Assembly: GCA_036337275.1 (NCBI GenBank)
Contig: JAYZEM010000001.1
Coordinates: forward strand, 14,634 to 78,633
Length of the DNA stretch: 64,000 bases
DNA from: Bacteroidota bacterium
GTDB lineage: Bacteria > Bacteroidota > Bacteroidia > Flavobacteriales > BACL11
Reading direction: 5' to 3'
Below, one piece after another: positions 39,671 to 49,154 of this stretch. Under the pieces are notes generated by a model. That model was not told the DNA's origin. It did not search any database and worked only from the letters and a program-made list of their open reading frames with translations. Each line of letters starts with the position of its first letter. The first letter of the stretch is position 1. The position numbers and the translations under genes are program-made.

Positions 39671-40915
39671 ATGAAAACAGTTATTAAAAATATTGCTGAG
39701 CTTATCCAAACAGAGCAGAAACCTAGAAAGTGGGTTGCAGGCAAAGAGATGTCAGCAATCAAATCTATAAAAGATGCTTTTGTAGAGATTGAAAATGGAA
39801 TTATTACTGCATTTGGTAGTATGCAAGATTGGGCTGGTATTGAGGATTGGAATCATACCGAAATTATTGATGCTGAGGGAGGAATGGTTTTCCCTACTTA
39901 TTGCGACAGCCATACACATCTAGTTTTTGCTACTAGCCGTGAAGGTGAATTTGTAGATAGAATCAATGGCCTTTCTTATGAAGAAATTGCGAAAAGAGGT
40001 GGTGGAATTCTAAACTCAGCTACCAAATTGCAAGAAACTACTGAAGAGCAACTTTTTGAAGATTCACTTATTCGCCTTAATGAAGTAATTCGTATGGGTA
40101 CAGGAGCAATTGAAATTAAAAGTGGCTATGGTTTAAACTTAGAAGCTGAATTGAAAATGCTCAGAGTCATTAAAAGGTTAAAAGAAATTTCTGATATCAC
40201 CATAAAAGCAACTTTCCTAGGAGCGCATGCCCTTCCTAAGGAATATAAAAACAATAAAGACGGCTATATGGATTTGGTAATTAATCAGATGTTACCAAAA
40301 GTTGCAAATGAAGGCTTAGCAGACTATGTAGATATTTTTTGTGAAGAAGGTTATTTCTCAGTTGATGACACAAAAAGGCTCTTAGAAGCAGCGAATAAAT
40401 ACGACTTACAAGGAAAAACACATGTGAATCAATTTAATACAATTGGAGGAGTGAAAGCCTCAGTAGATTCAGGAGTTCTTTCAGTAGATCATTTGGAACA
40501 AATGCAAGAAGAAGATTTTGAAGCACTCAAAAATTCAAAATGCATGCCTACTATTTTGCCTTCTTGTTCTTTCTTTCTAGGTATTCCTTATGGGCCTACA
40601 GAAGAAATGATAAATAGAGGACTTCCTGTTGCACTTGCTACTGACTACAATCCAGGATCTTCCCCGAGTGGAAATATGAATTTTGTAGCCTCTTTAGGCT
40701 GCATTCAACTGAAAATGACGCCAGAACAAGTTATTAATGCCACAACAATAAATGGCGCTTATGCTATGGGGGTACAGCACGAATTAGGGAGTGTTTGTGT
40801 AGGTAAAAAGGCAAATCTTTTTATTACAAAACCAATATCTTCTTATTCTTATCTTCCTTATTCTTTTGGGCATAATGTAATTGAGAAAGTAATAATTAAC
40901 GGAAAAATTAAATAA
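39671..40915 (+). CDS. hutI: imidazolonepropionase
   Basis: 414 aa amidohydrolase. YCDSHTHLVF, KATFLGAHA and ALATDYNPGSSP motifs. Confidence 0.9.
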   Translation: MKTVIKNIAELIQTEQKPRKWVAGKEMSAIKSIKDAFVEIENGIITAFGSMQDWAGIEDWNHTEIIDAEGGMVFPTYCDSHTHLVFATSREGEFVDRINGLSYEEIAKRGGGILNSATKLQETTEEQLFEDSLIRLNEVIRMGTGAIEIKSGYGLNLEAELKMLRVIKRLKEISDITIKATFLGAHALPKEYKNNKDGYMDLVINQMLPKVANEGLADYVDIFCEEGYFSVDDTKRLLEAANKYDLQGKTHVNQFNTIGGVKASVDSGVLSVDHLEQMQEEDFEALKNSKCMPTILPSCSFFLGIPYGPTEEMINRGLPVALATDYNPGSSPSGNMNFVASLGCIQLKMTPEQVINATTINGAYAMGVQHELGSVCVGKKANLFITKPISSYSYLPYSFGHNVIEKVIINGKIK

Positions 40916-42606
40916 TGAAACAAATAATTGAATGTGTACCCAATATTTCTGAAGGAAGAGATAAAGAAAAGATTAGAAGAATATCTTCAGTTGTAGAGAA
41001 AATTGATGGTGTAAAACTCTTAAATGTAGATCCTGGAAAAGCAACAAACAGAACTGTAATTACTTTTGTTGGTGAGCCTCAACGAGTTATAGATGCTGCA
41101 TTTTTACTGATACAAAAATCACAAGAATTGATTGATATGAGCAAACACTCTGGAGAACACCCAAGAATGGGATCTACAGATGTTTGTCCACTAGTACCAA
41201 TTGCAAACATCAGCATGGAAGAAACAGCTAAATGGGCACACAAATTAGGAGAAAGAGTTGGGAATGAATTAGGAATTCCTATTTATCATTATGAAGCAGC
41301 TGCTCAAGAAGAAAAAAGAGAAAATCTAGCTAATTGCCGACAAGGGGAATATGAAGGGCTTTCTAAAAAATTAATTGATCCAGAATGGAAACCAGATTTT
41401 GGTCCTGCAGCATTTAACAAATCTGTAGAAAAGTCAGGAGCTACAGCTATTTCGGCTCGTGATTTCTTAGTGGCTTATAATGTGAATCTAAATACTACTT
41501 CTACTAGAAGAGCAAATGCTGTTGCTTTTGATATCAGAGAGGCAGGAAGAATTAAAAGAGAAGGAGGAAAAATTACTGGGAGAATAATAAAAGATAAAGA
41601 TGGAAATCCATTAAAAACTCCAGGTTTATTTAAAGCAGTAAAAGGAATTGGATGGTTTATTGAAGAGTATGGAGTAGCTCAAATCTCATACAATCTAACA
41701 AATATAAACACATCTCCATTACATGAGGTTTTTGACAAAACTTGCGAGAGAGCTATTGCAAGAGGATTAAGAGTCACAGGTTCAGAACTAGTAGGATTAG
41801 TTCCTAAAAAAGTATTAATTGATGCTGGAAAATATTTCTTAAGAAAGCAAGAAAGATCTACAGGAATTCACGAATCAGAAATAATTAAAATAGCAATAAA
41901 ATCTTTAGGGCTAAATGAATTAGCGCCTTTCAATCCAGAAGAAAGAGTAATTGAGTATATGCTAGAATCTGATTCTAATAAACCATTGGTAAATATGACC
42001 CTTACTGATTTCGCTAATGAGACCGCTAGTGAGAGTGCTGCACCTGGTGGCGGATCAATTTCTGCATATTGTGGAGCGATGGGAGTTGCACTAGGAACAA
42101 TGGTAGCAAATTTATCAGCTCATAAAAGAGGATGGGATGATAGATGGGAAGAATTCTCAGATTGGGCAGAAAAAGGAATCAAATATCAAAATACACTTCT
42201 AGAATTGGTAGATGAAGACACAAATTCCTTTAATAAAATAATGGATGCATTCCGTTTGCCAAAAAATACAGATGAAGACAAAAAGAAAAGGAAAGACGCA
42301 ATACAAGAAGCTACAAAATATGCAATCCTTACTCCTTTTAAAGTTATGGAAACTGCTTATAACTCTATGGAAGTGATGAAAGCTATGGCAGACTTTGGAA
42401 ATCCTAACTCAGTAACGGATGCTGGAGTTGGAACTCTTTGTGCGAGAACTGCAGTTATTGGCGCATTCTTAAATGTTAAGATTAATTGTGGAGATTGTGA
42501 AGATAAGAGTTTCGTAGAAGACATTCTAAAAAAAGGACAAGAACTAGTAGAAAAAGCTTGTGCTTTAGAAAATGAAATTATTCAGATTACAAATAAGAAG
42601 ATTTAA
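40915..42606 (+). CDS. ftcD: bifunctional glutamate formimidoyltransferase / formimidoyltetrahydrofolate cyclodeaminase
   Basis: 563 aa. N-terminal IECVPNISEGRD...HPRMGSTDVCP (transferase). The C-terminal ~200 aa helical domain contains SESAAPGGGSISAY (cyclodeaminase). Confidence 0.9.
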   Translation: MKQIIECVPNISEGRDKEKIRRISSVVEKIDGVKLLNVDPGKATNRTVITFVGEPQRVIDAAFLLIQKSQELIDMSKHSGEHPRMGSTDVCPLVPIANISMEETAKWAHKLGERVGNELGIPIYHYEAAAQEEKRENLANCRQGEYEGLSKKLIDPEWKPDFGPAAFNKSVEKSGATAISARDFLVAYNVNLNTTSTRRANAVAFDIREAGRIKREGGKITGRIIKDKDGNPLKTPGLFKAVKGIGWFIEEYGVAQISYNLTNINTSPLHEVFDKTCERAIARGLRVTGSELVGLVPKKVLIDAGKYFLRKQERSTGIHESEIIKIAIKSLGLNELAPFNPEERVIEYMLESDSNKPLVNMTLTDFANETASESAAPGGGSISAYCGAMGVALGTMVANLSAHKRGWDDRWEEFSDWAEKGIKYQNTLLELVDEDTNSFNKIMDAFRLPKNTDEDKKKRKDAIQEATKYAILTPFKVMETAYNSMEVMKAMADFGNPNSVTDAGVGTLCARTAVIGAFLNVKINCGDCEDKSFVEDILKKGQELVEKACALENEIIQITNKKI

Positions 42607-42658
42607 GAAATAATTATACTTTTACCAATAATTTCTCGTTCTTAACAAAAACACTATT

Positions 42659-43126
42659 ATGAAAACATTAAGAATATTAGCACTGCTTATTACCTGCTGT
42701 TTTGCTACTCACTCACTCCAAGCACAAAAAGTTGTTGTAAAAAAGAACAACAGTAAAAAAGTTGTTGTAAAAAAGAACAACAGTAAAAAAGTTGTTGTAA
42801 AAGGCAATAAGCACAATACTCATACTACTCATCATGGAGGGCAACATCCTCATCATCATGGAAATAGAAAAGTTATTATAAAAAATAATAGAAAAAACAT
42901 CATTGTAAAAAAACCAAAGAACCCTAGATATGTAAAAAAACCTTTCTTGAAAAGAAAAGGATTTGTTTGGGTTTCTGGATTTTGGAAATGGACAGGGCAC
43001 ACTTATATATGGATTAGTGGTTCTTGGGAAAGAGAACGACATGGCTTTCATTGGCATGATGGTTATTGGGAAGAAACACCTCGTGGTTTCTTTTGGGTAG
43101 AAGGTTATTGGTGTAACATTTATTAA
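42659..43126 (+). CDS. secreted Lys-rich/His-rich protein with YXWGXW-type Trp repeats
   Basis: 155 aa. Signal peptide. KKVVVKKNNS x2.6, HNTHTTHHGGQHPHHHG, and C-terminal WVSGFWKW...WISGSWER...WHDGYWEE...WVEGYW. Confidence 0.7.
   Translation: MKTLRILALLITCCFATHSLQAQKVVVKKNNSKKVVVKKNNSKKVVVKGNKHNTHTTHHGGQHPHHHGNRKVIIKNNRKNIIVKKPKNPRYVKKPFLKRKGFVWVSGFWKWTGHTYIWISGSWERERHGFHWHDGYWEETPRGFFWVEGYWCNIY
42726..42802 (+). repeat. perfect 30-nt tandem repeat, 2.6 copies, inside a CDS
   Basis: AAAAAGTTGTTGTAAAAAAGAACAACAGTA occurs at 42726-42755 and is repeated identically at 42756-42785. The first 17 nt recur at 42786-42802. It encodes KKVVVKKNNS units. Confidence 0.95.
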
Positions 43127-43139
43127 AAAACTTGAACTA

Positions 43140-43628
43140 ATGAAAAACCTAATTTATTTTTCAATTTTTTGCATCTTTACTTTTAGTGCTTGTGAAGAAA
43201 GTCAAAGCAGGGGATGTACAGATCCAATTGCTGTAAATTATAAAAGTTGGGCTGACATTAATGATGGTAGTTGCATATATGAAGCTTATATAGTATTTCA
43301 TATGGACTATAATGCTGCAGCATTCTTAAATGATGAGCCTGGAGTTCTGTCCTTAGAGTATGTTGTTGATAATATTGAGGTTGGGAAAGACGTTTATGAC
43401 TTCTTTGATGTTGCAACAAATACAACTCCATACTGTCATCAAGTAGGGTTTACAACAGCAACAATAGAATGGTATAATCCTAATGATATCGAGATATCAT
43501 TTGAAGCAATTGACAACTTAGGAGAAATACAATGGTATGGAAAGGCTTGGCTCTCTCCTAATGAATGTGTTGACATACCATTAGAGTATGAGTCCAACTT
43601 AACAAAAGATGAAAAAGATAACAAATAA
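43140..43628 (+). CDS. lipoprotein, function unknown
   Basis: 162 aa. Lipobox FTFSAC. GCTDPIAVNYKSWADINDGSC motif, which I recall from many marine Bacteroidota secreted proteins. Lies 13 nt after the preceding gene. Confidence 0.55.
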   Translation: MKNLIYFSIFCIFTFSACEESQSRGCTDPIAVNYKSWADINDGSCIYEAYIVFHMDYNAAAFLNDEPGVLSLEYVVDNIEVGKDVYDFFDVATNTTPYCHQVGFTTATIEWYNPNDIEISFEAIDNLGEIQWYGKAWLSPNECVDIPLEYESNLTKDEKDNK

Positions 43629-43637
43629 AGTAATTCT

Positions 43638-44729
43638 TTATTTAACAATATCTTCAACAATCAATTGAGCTAATTGCTCAGATGCACCAGTATCTCCCAA
43701 TTTTTCTCTTAATACACTATACTCTTTCTTTATTCTTTCACTACTTCCTTTTTCCAGAATTTCTGATAAAGATGATTTAAGATTCTTTGGATTCAATTCT
43801 GATTGAATCAATTCTTTTACCACCAATTTGTTCATGATGATATTCACCAGCGAAATAAATTTAGTTTCTACCAATCGTTTTGCAATTTGAAATGATATTG
43901 AGTTAGTTTTGTAGCAAACAATCTGTGGTACAGCAAAAAGTGCTGTTTCCAAAGTAGCAGTACCAGAAGCAACTAAAGCTACTTTCGTATTTTTCAATAG
44001 TCCATAGGTCTCATCTTTTACAAGCAAAACATTTTTGTTTTCTAATATATTTTTATAAAAACTCTCTTCAATAGTAGTTGTGGCAGCTACTACAAACTGA
44101 TAATTAGGAAAATCCGCAACTATCTTTAACATTTGTGGTAGAATCTTTCGTATCTCTTGTTTTCTACTTCCTGGAAGTAGTGCAATAATCTTTTTATCTG
44201 TTTTTATTGAAAAGCTAAAATTATCTTTTGCAATCTCATCCAAAAGCGGATGCCCCACAAAAACTACTTCAAAATTATTGTCTTGATAAAATTGCTTCTC
44301 AAAAGGCAGGATGACAAACATTTTATCTATATATTTTTTTATTTGATTTAGCCTGCTTTTTTTCCAAGCCCAAATTTGAGGAGAAATGTAATAATACACC
44401 TTGATGCCTCTTTGCTTAGCGAACTTAGCAATTCGAAAATTAAATCCAGGATAATCAACCAAAATGAGTGCATCTGGTTGAAATTTTAAAATATCTTTTT
44501 TGCAGAAATTGATGTTTCTTAGAATGGTTGGTAAATTAATCAAGACTTCCCAAAAACCCATAAAGGCCAAATCTTTTATATGCTTTACCAATTGGACATC
44601 TTCTGCTTTTATTTTATCTCCTCCCCAAACCCTGAATTCTGTTTGAGTATCTTGTTGCTTAATAGCAGCAACTAAATTTGCCGCATGCATATCCCCCGAT
44701 TGTTCGCCTGAAATGACGTAATATTTCAT
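43638..44729 (-). CDS. lpxB: lipid-A-disaccharide synthase
   Basis: 363 aa. MKYYVISGEQSGDMHAANL, DYPGFNFRIAK, LPGSRKQEI and SGTATLE motifs. Confidence 0.9.
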   Translation of the reverse strand: MKYYVISGEQSGDMHAANLVAAIKQQDTQTEFRVWGGDKIKAEDVQLVKHIKDLAFMGFWEVLINLPTILRNINFCKKDILKFQPDALILVDYPGFNFRIAKFAKQRGIKVYYYISPQIWAWKKSRLNQIKKYIDKMFVILPFEKQFYQDNNFEVVFVGHPLLDEIAKDNFSFSIKTDKKIIALLPGSRKQEIRKILPQMLKIVADFPNYQFVVAATTTIEESFYKNILENKNVLLVKDETYGLLKNTKVALVASGTATLETALFAVPQIVCYKTNSISFQIAKRLVETKFISLVNIIMNKLVVKELIQSELNPKNLKSSLSEILEKGSSERIKKEYSVLREKLGDTGASEQLAQLIVEDIVK

Positions 44730-45010
44730 TAGAATAATTTTATTCCAAGAACTATAAATGCATAGATCATTGTGGCAAATAGGATTCCTTTTGCCATATC
44801 ATCTCGGTTAGTTTTTAAATTCATGAAAAATAAAAGTAAATTTACAAGTACACTCAAACTGATTACATGAGAAAGTTTATTCATCTCAAGAATAGCGTGA
44901 AAAGTCTGTTCAACATCAGCTTCCAAATAAAAAGCAACATACACAACATAGGCAACAATTGGTGCAAGCAATCCAACAAAAGTTCCTTTCTTAAAATCTT
45001 TATTCATCAT
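44729..45010 (-). CDS. small membrane protein (three predicted TM helices), function unknown
   Basis: 93 aa. Overlaps the surE stop by 11 nt and the lpxB start by 1 nt. Hydrophobic segments LLAPIVAYVVYVAF, VISLSVLVNLLLFF and ILFATMIYAFIVLGI. Confidence 0.5.
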   Translation of the reverse strand: MMNKDFKKGTFVGLLAPIVAYVVYVAFYLEADVEQTFHAILEMNKLSHVISLSVLVNLLLFFMNLKTNRDDMAKGILFATMIYAFIVLGIKLF

Positions 45011-45776
45011 TAATCATATTATTAAGTGCTGTAATGGCATGATGAGCCGTTACATCATACTGCACAGGAACAACGGAAACATAATGCTTTTCTAAAGCCC
45101 TTTCATCTGTATCATCTCCTTTGTCGTAATTGACAAATTTTCCAGTAAGCCAATAATAAGTCCTGCCATTAGGGTCTTTTCTTTCATCAAATTCTTCCAC
45201 CCAATTAGCCTTGGCTTGCCTGCATATCTTGATACCTTTTATTTTCTCATCTTCCTTTGACTTAGGAATATTTACATTTAAACAAACCCCGTCAGGCAAA
45301 CCATTCTCTAAAACAGATTGTGTGATTCTCCGAATATATTTTTCGCCTTCAGAAAAATCAGCATCATGAGAGAAATCTAAAAGCGAAAAACCTATTGATG
45401 GAATTCCTTCCAAAGCGCCTTCTACAGCAGCTGATATGGTGCCGGAATAAATAACATTAATAGAAGAGTTGGAACCATGATTAATTCCTGAAACACACAA
45501 ATCTGGCTTTCTGTCAAGTATCTGATTTACTGCTAATTTTACACAATCCACTGGTGTTCCGCTTACTGCATACTCCATTTGAGGTCCGTCATCAATAGTT
45601 ACTCTATCACATCTTAAAGTTGCATTAATAGTTATGGCATGCCCCATTCCAGATTGTGGCCCTTCAGGAGCAACAACAAGCACCTTGCCAAAATCATTCA
45701 TAATTCTAATGAGTTTGCGTATTCCAGGAGCTGAAATACCGTCATCATTTATTACTAAAATTAAAGGTTTATTCAT
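45000..45776 (-). CDS. surE: 5'/3'-nucleotidase SurE
   Basis: 258 aa. ILVINDDGISAPGI, GINHGSNSS and YSGTISAA motifs. Confidence 0.95.
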   Translation of the reverse strand: MNKPLILVINDDGISAPGIRKLIRIMNDFGKVLVVAPEGPQSGMGHAITINATLRCDRVTIDDGPQMEYAVSGTPVDCVKLAVNQILDRKPDLCVSGINHGSNSSINVIYSGTISAAVEGALEGIPSIGFSLLDFSHDADFSEGEKYIRRITQSVLENGLPDGVCLNVNIPKSKEDEKIKGIKICRQAKANWVEEFDERKDPNGRTYYWLTGKFVNYDKGDDTDERALEKHYVSVVPVQYDVTAHHAITALNNMINDE

Positions 45777-45793
45777 TTTATCATTTTACACAA

Positions 45794-45801
45794 CAAAACT
45801 A
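45794..45801 (-). promoter_or_regulatory. -7 promoter box TAGTTTTG upstream of surE
   Basis: Exact TAnnTTTG, 17 nt upstream of ATG 45776. Confidence 0.45.
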
Positions 45802-45835
45802 CTATAATATTGTTGTATTATAATATAGATTTTCC

Positions 45836-45843
45836 TAATTTTG
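45836..45843 (+). promoter_or_regulatory. -7 promoter box TAATTTTG upstream of the zinc metallopeptidase gene
   Basis: Exact TAnnTTTG, 24 nt upstream of ATG 45868. Confidence 0.45.
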
Positions 45844-45867
45844 TAATTCATAAAAAATGATAAAGAA

Positions 45868-46548
45868 ATGATTTGGATAATTGTAATTGCCTTCATGATT
45901 ATTGGAGGACTTGTAAGCGGAAAATTAAAACGAAAATTTAAACAATACAGTATGGTTGCAACTGCATCAGGATTGAGCGGTAAAGAGATTGTAGAAAAAA
46001 TGCTGATTGACAATGGAGTAACAGATGTAAAAATAGTATCAGTTCCTGGAAAATTGACCGATCATTATAATCCTACTGACAAAACCATTAATCTTAGCCG
46101 AGAGGTTTATCAAGGTAGGCATATTTCGGCTGCTGCAGTAGCTGCTCATGAGTGTGGGCATGCTCTTCAGCATGCACAAGCCTATCAATGGCTACAAGTA
46201 AGATCACAAATGGTTCCTATTGTAAATTTTAGTGGCACGATGATGAATACAATTTTTATTCTTGGCTTCTTAGGAGCGGGTGTTTTACATATGTTCTCTT
46301 TTTACCAAATGATAATGGTAATTATCTTTTTTCAAGCTATGATAACCGTTTTTAGTTTGATTACGCTTCCTGTAGAATTTGATGCAAGCAGAAGAGCATT
46401 AGTGTGGCTCAAATCATCAAACATTACAAATGATGAAGAATTAGTTATGGCTGAAGATGCGTTAAAATGGGCCGCTAGCACTTATGTAGTGGCTGCGATT
46501 GCAGCAGCATCTTATCTGCTTTATTATATTGCACTTGCTAGAGATTAA
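45868..46548 (+). CDS. zinc metallopeptidase (YugP-like, Zn_peptidase_2 family)
   Basis: 226 aa membrane protein with AAHECGHALQH (HExxH) and the family-typical N-terminal TM and C-terminal TM pair. Confidence 0.85.
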   Translation: MIWIIVIAFMIIGGLVSGKLKRKFKQYSMVATASGLSGKEIVEKMLIDNGVTDVKIVSVPGKLTDHYNPTDKTINLSREVYQGRHISAAAVAAHECGHALQHAQAYQWLQVRSQMVPIVNFSGTMMNTIFILGFLGAGVLHMFSFYQMIMVIIFFQAMITVFSLITLPVEFDASRRALVWLKSSNITNDEELVMAEDALKWAASTYVVAAIAAASYLLYYIALARD

Positions 46549-47681
46549 GCAAACAATTCTTTTAATTTTTCAATTGCAAAATCGATATCTTCTTTGGTAG
46601 TGTATTTGCTAAAAGAGAATCTAATTCCTGGACGTTTGCTATCAGGTGTTAAGGCTGAAAGTACATGAGAGCCTTTACTACCACCGGAAGCACAAGCGCT
46701 TCCTCCACTACAAGCCACTCCTAATATATCCAAGTTAAAAAGCAACATTTCTGCAATATCTGTTTCTGGAAAGTGACAAGAAAGCACTGTGTAGAGAGAA
46801 TTATCTAGATCTGTGCATTTACCATAAAACTGCACATCATCTATTTCAGTTTGTAGCTTTTCTATCATATACTTTTTTACTCCTTTTATGTAATTGACTT
46901 CTTCTTCCAAATTGCCATAAGCCATTTCCATAGCCATAGCAAGAGCTGCAATTCCATAAATATTCTCTGTTCCTGCACGCATATTTCGTTCTTGCCCACC
47001 GCCTCTTAACATTGGTTTTATCTGAATGTTTTCTGAGATATAGACAAATCCAACTCCTTTAGGTCCGTGAAATTTATGAGCAGAAGCCGCCATAAAATCT
47101 ACATTTAATTCTTGCATATCAAAAGGAAAATGCGCAATGGTTTGTACTGTGTCGGAATGAAATATAGCATTATATTCTTTACAGATTTCGCCAATTGATT
47201 TGATATCTTGAATAGTACCTATTTCATTATTGGCATGCATTATGGATACAAATGTTCTAGGATTCTCTCCTAATAGTTCTTTAAGATGTGACAAAGAAAC
47301 TACACCGCTTTCATCTATATCGATATAGGAAAGTTTTATTTTCTCTTCTGCAGCCAGGTCCTCTAAAGGGTATAAAACAGCATGGTGCGAAATTTTTGAG
47401 GTAATGGCATGTGTAATTTTATGATCTTCAATTGCACATTTAATTGCCATATTATCAGCCTCTGTTCCGCCTGAAGTAAAAAAGATATTACCAGGTGAAG
47501 CGTTCAACAATTCTGCTATTTTCTTTCTAGCACCCTCTACAACAATTTTTGATTTTCTTCCATAAGAGTGTGTAGAAGAAGGATTCGCAAAATGCGTTTT
47601 CATCATTTCACTCATCATCTTAATAATTTCTGGGGCCATTGGTGTTGTGGCTGCATTATCTAAAAAAACTTTCTTGCTCAT
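46545..47681 (-). CDS. cysteine desulfurase (NifS/IscS class V aminotransferase family)
   Basis: 378 aa. FTSGGTEADN, SAHKFHGPKGVG (PLP Lys) and SGGSACASG (catalytic Cys loop). Confidence 0.9.
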   Translation of the reverse strand: MSKKVFLDNAATTPMAPEIIKMMSEMMKTHFANPSSTHSYGRKSKIVVEGARKKIAELLNASPGNIFFTSGGTEADNMAIKCAIEDHKITHAITSKISHHAVLYPLEDLAAEEKIKLSYIDIDESGVVSLSHLKELLGENPRTFVSIMHANNEIGTIQDIKSIGEICKEYNAIFHSDTVQTIAHFPFDMQELNVDFMAASAHKFHGPKGVGFVYISENIQIKPMLRGGGQERNMRAGTENIYGIAALAMAMEMAYGNLEEEVNYIKGVKKYMIEKLQTEIDDVQFYGKCTDLDNSLYTVLSCHFPETDIAEMLLFNLDILGVACSGGSACASGGSKGSHVLSALTPDSKRPGIRFSFSKYTTKEDIDFAIEKLKELFA

Positions 47682-47683
47682 TA

Positions 47684-49063
47684 TTAAATCAATTCTTCTA
47701 TTTCGTTTATAATTTTTTGTGCTAAAAAATTTGCTTTTTCCTCCCCTTCACTCTCAGCATAAATTCTAATTATCGGTTCAGTGTTTGATCTTCTTAAATG
47801 AACCCAACCATCTGCAAAATCAATTTTTAGCCCATCAATTGTAGTAATCTGTTCATTTTGATATTTCTCCTCCATGGTTGACAGAATAGCATCTACATTT
47901 ATTTCTGGAGTGAGTTGAATTTTATTCTTTGAAAGAAAATAGTTTTTATATGAATTTCTTAAGGTTTTAGCAGAAATTTTTCTTTCAGCCAATTGTGTTA
48001 AAAAGAGTGCAATACCCACTAGCGCATCTCTACCATAATGCAGTTCTGGATAAATAACACCGCCATTTCCTTCTCCCCCAATAATTGCATTGGTAGCTTT
48101 CATTTTTTCTACAACATTAACCTCTCCAACAGCAGAAGATTCATAATTGCCATGATGCTTTGTAGTAATATCTCTGAGCGCCCTTGTTGATGAAAGATTG
48201 GAAACTGTATTTCCTGGCGTTTTACTCAGCACAAAATCAGAAACTGCAACTAATGTATATTCTTCACCAAACATGCTTCCGTCTTCACAAATAAAAGCTA
48301 GTCTATCTACATCCGGATCAACTACAATTCCTAAATCTGCTTTTTCTACAACTACTAAGTTTGATATTTCAGTTAAGTTTTCATGAAGCGGCTCAGGATT
48401 ATGCGGAAATTGTCCGTTTGGCTCACAAAATAATTTTACACACTTAACTCCCATTTTTTCTAATAATCTAGGAATCATAAATCCTCCTGTGGAATTTACA
48501 GCATCTACAACAACCTTAAATTTTGCAGATTTTACTAAATCAACATCAACTAGATTGAGTTTTAATACCGCTTCAATGTGTTTCTCATTGTAAGAATCAT
48601 CAAAAGTATATTGCCCAATAGCATCTACTTCTGAGAAAGAAAAATCTTCACTTTCTGCTACTTCTAAAATTTGTTCTCCATCTTTAGCCGACAAAAACTC
48701 TCCTTTATTATTCAATAATTTTAATGCATTCCATTGCTTTGGATTATGGCTTGCTGTAATGATCATTCCACCTGCACTCTTATGTAATTGTACAGCAACT
48801 TCAACTGTAGGAGTTGTTGATAGCCCAATATCTAAGACATCAAATCCACAAGCAATTAAAGTTCCTGAGACAATATTGGTTACCATTTCTCCAGAAATAC
48901 GAGCATCCCTGCCAATAATAATTGTGTTAGAATCACTTTCCTGATTGCTGATAAATTTAGCATATGCAGAGGTAAATTTTACAATATCTAAAGGGGAGAG
49001 TGAATTGCCAACTTCTCCACCAATTGTACCTCTTATCCCTGAAATTGATTTTATCAATGTCAT
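47684..49063 (-). CDS. glmM: phosphoglucosamine mutase (alpha-D-phosphohexomutase family)
   Basis: 459 aa. SGIRGTIGG, TASHNPKQWNALK (phospho-Ser loop), DPDVDR and GGEGNGG motifs. Confidence 0.85.
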   Translation of the reverse strand: MTLIKSISGIRGTIGGEVGNSLSPLDIVKFTSAYAKFISNQESDSNTIIIGRDARISGEMVTNIVSGTLIACGFDVLDIGLSTTPTVEVAVQLHKSAGGMIITASHNPKQWNALKLLNNKGEFLSAKDGEQILEVAESEDFSFSEVDAIGQYTFDDSYNEKHIEAVLKLNLVDVDLVKSAKFKVVVDAVNSTGGFMIPRLLEKMGVKCVKLFCEPNGQFPHNPEPLHENLTEISNLVVVEKADLGIVVDPDVDRLAFICEDGSMFGEEYTLVAVSDFVLSKTPGNTVSNLSSTRALRDITTKHHGNYESSAVGEVNVVEKMKATNAIIGGEGNGGVIYPELHYGRDALVGIALFLTQLAERKISAKTLRNSYKNYFLSKNKIQLTPEINVDAILSTMEEKYQNEQITTIDGLKIDFADGWVHLRRSNTEPIIRIYAESEGEEKANFLAQKIINEIEELI

Positions 49064-49086
49064 AATTAATAATTGATTTTGTGCCG

Positions 49087-49094
49087 CAAAACTA
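49087..49094 (-). promoter_or_regulatory. -7 promoter box TAGTTTTG upstream of glmM
   Basis: Exact TAnnTTTG, 23 nt upstream of ATG 49063. Confidence 0.45.
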
Positions 49095-49115
49095 AAACAA
49101 TAATTTAAGAAACTT

Positions 49116-49123
49116 TATCTTTG
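49116..49123 (+). promoter_or_regulatory. -7 promoter box TATCTTTG upstream of comA
   Basis: Exact TAnnTTTG, 31 nt upstream of ATG 49155. Confidence 0.4.
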
Positions 49124-49154
49124 TAAAAATAATAAGCATTAATAATTTAATAAT

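Noticed and set aside
45786-46013. 75-aa ORF on the - strand spanning the surE/zinc-peptidase intergenic region
   Set aside because: It overlaps the start of the well-supported peptidase gene and both divergent promoter boxes. It has no motif and a hydrophobic low-complexity translation.
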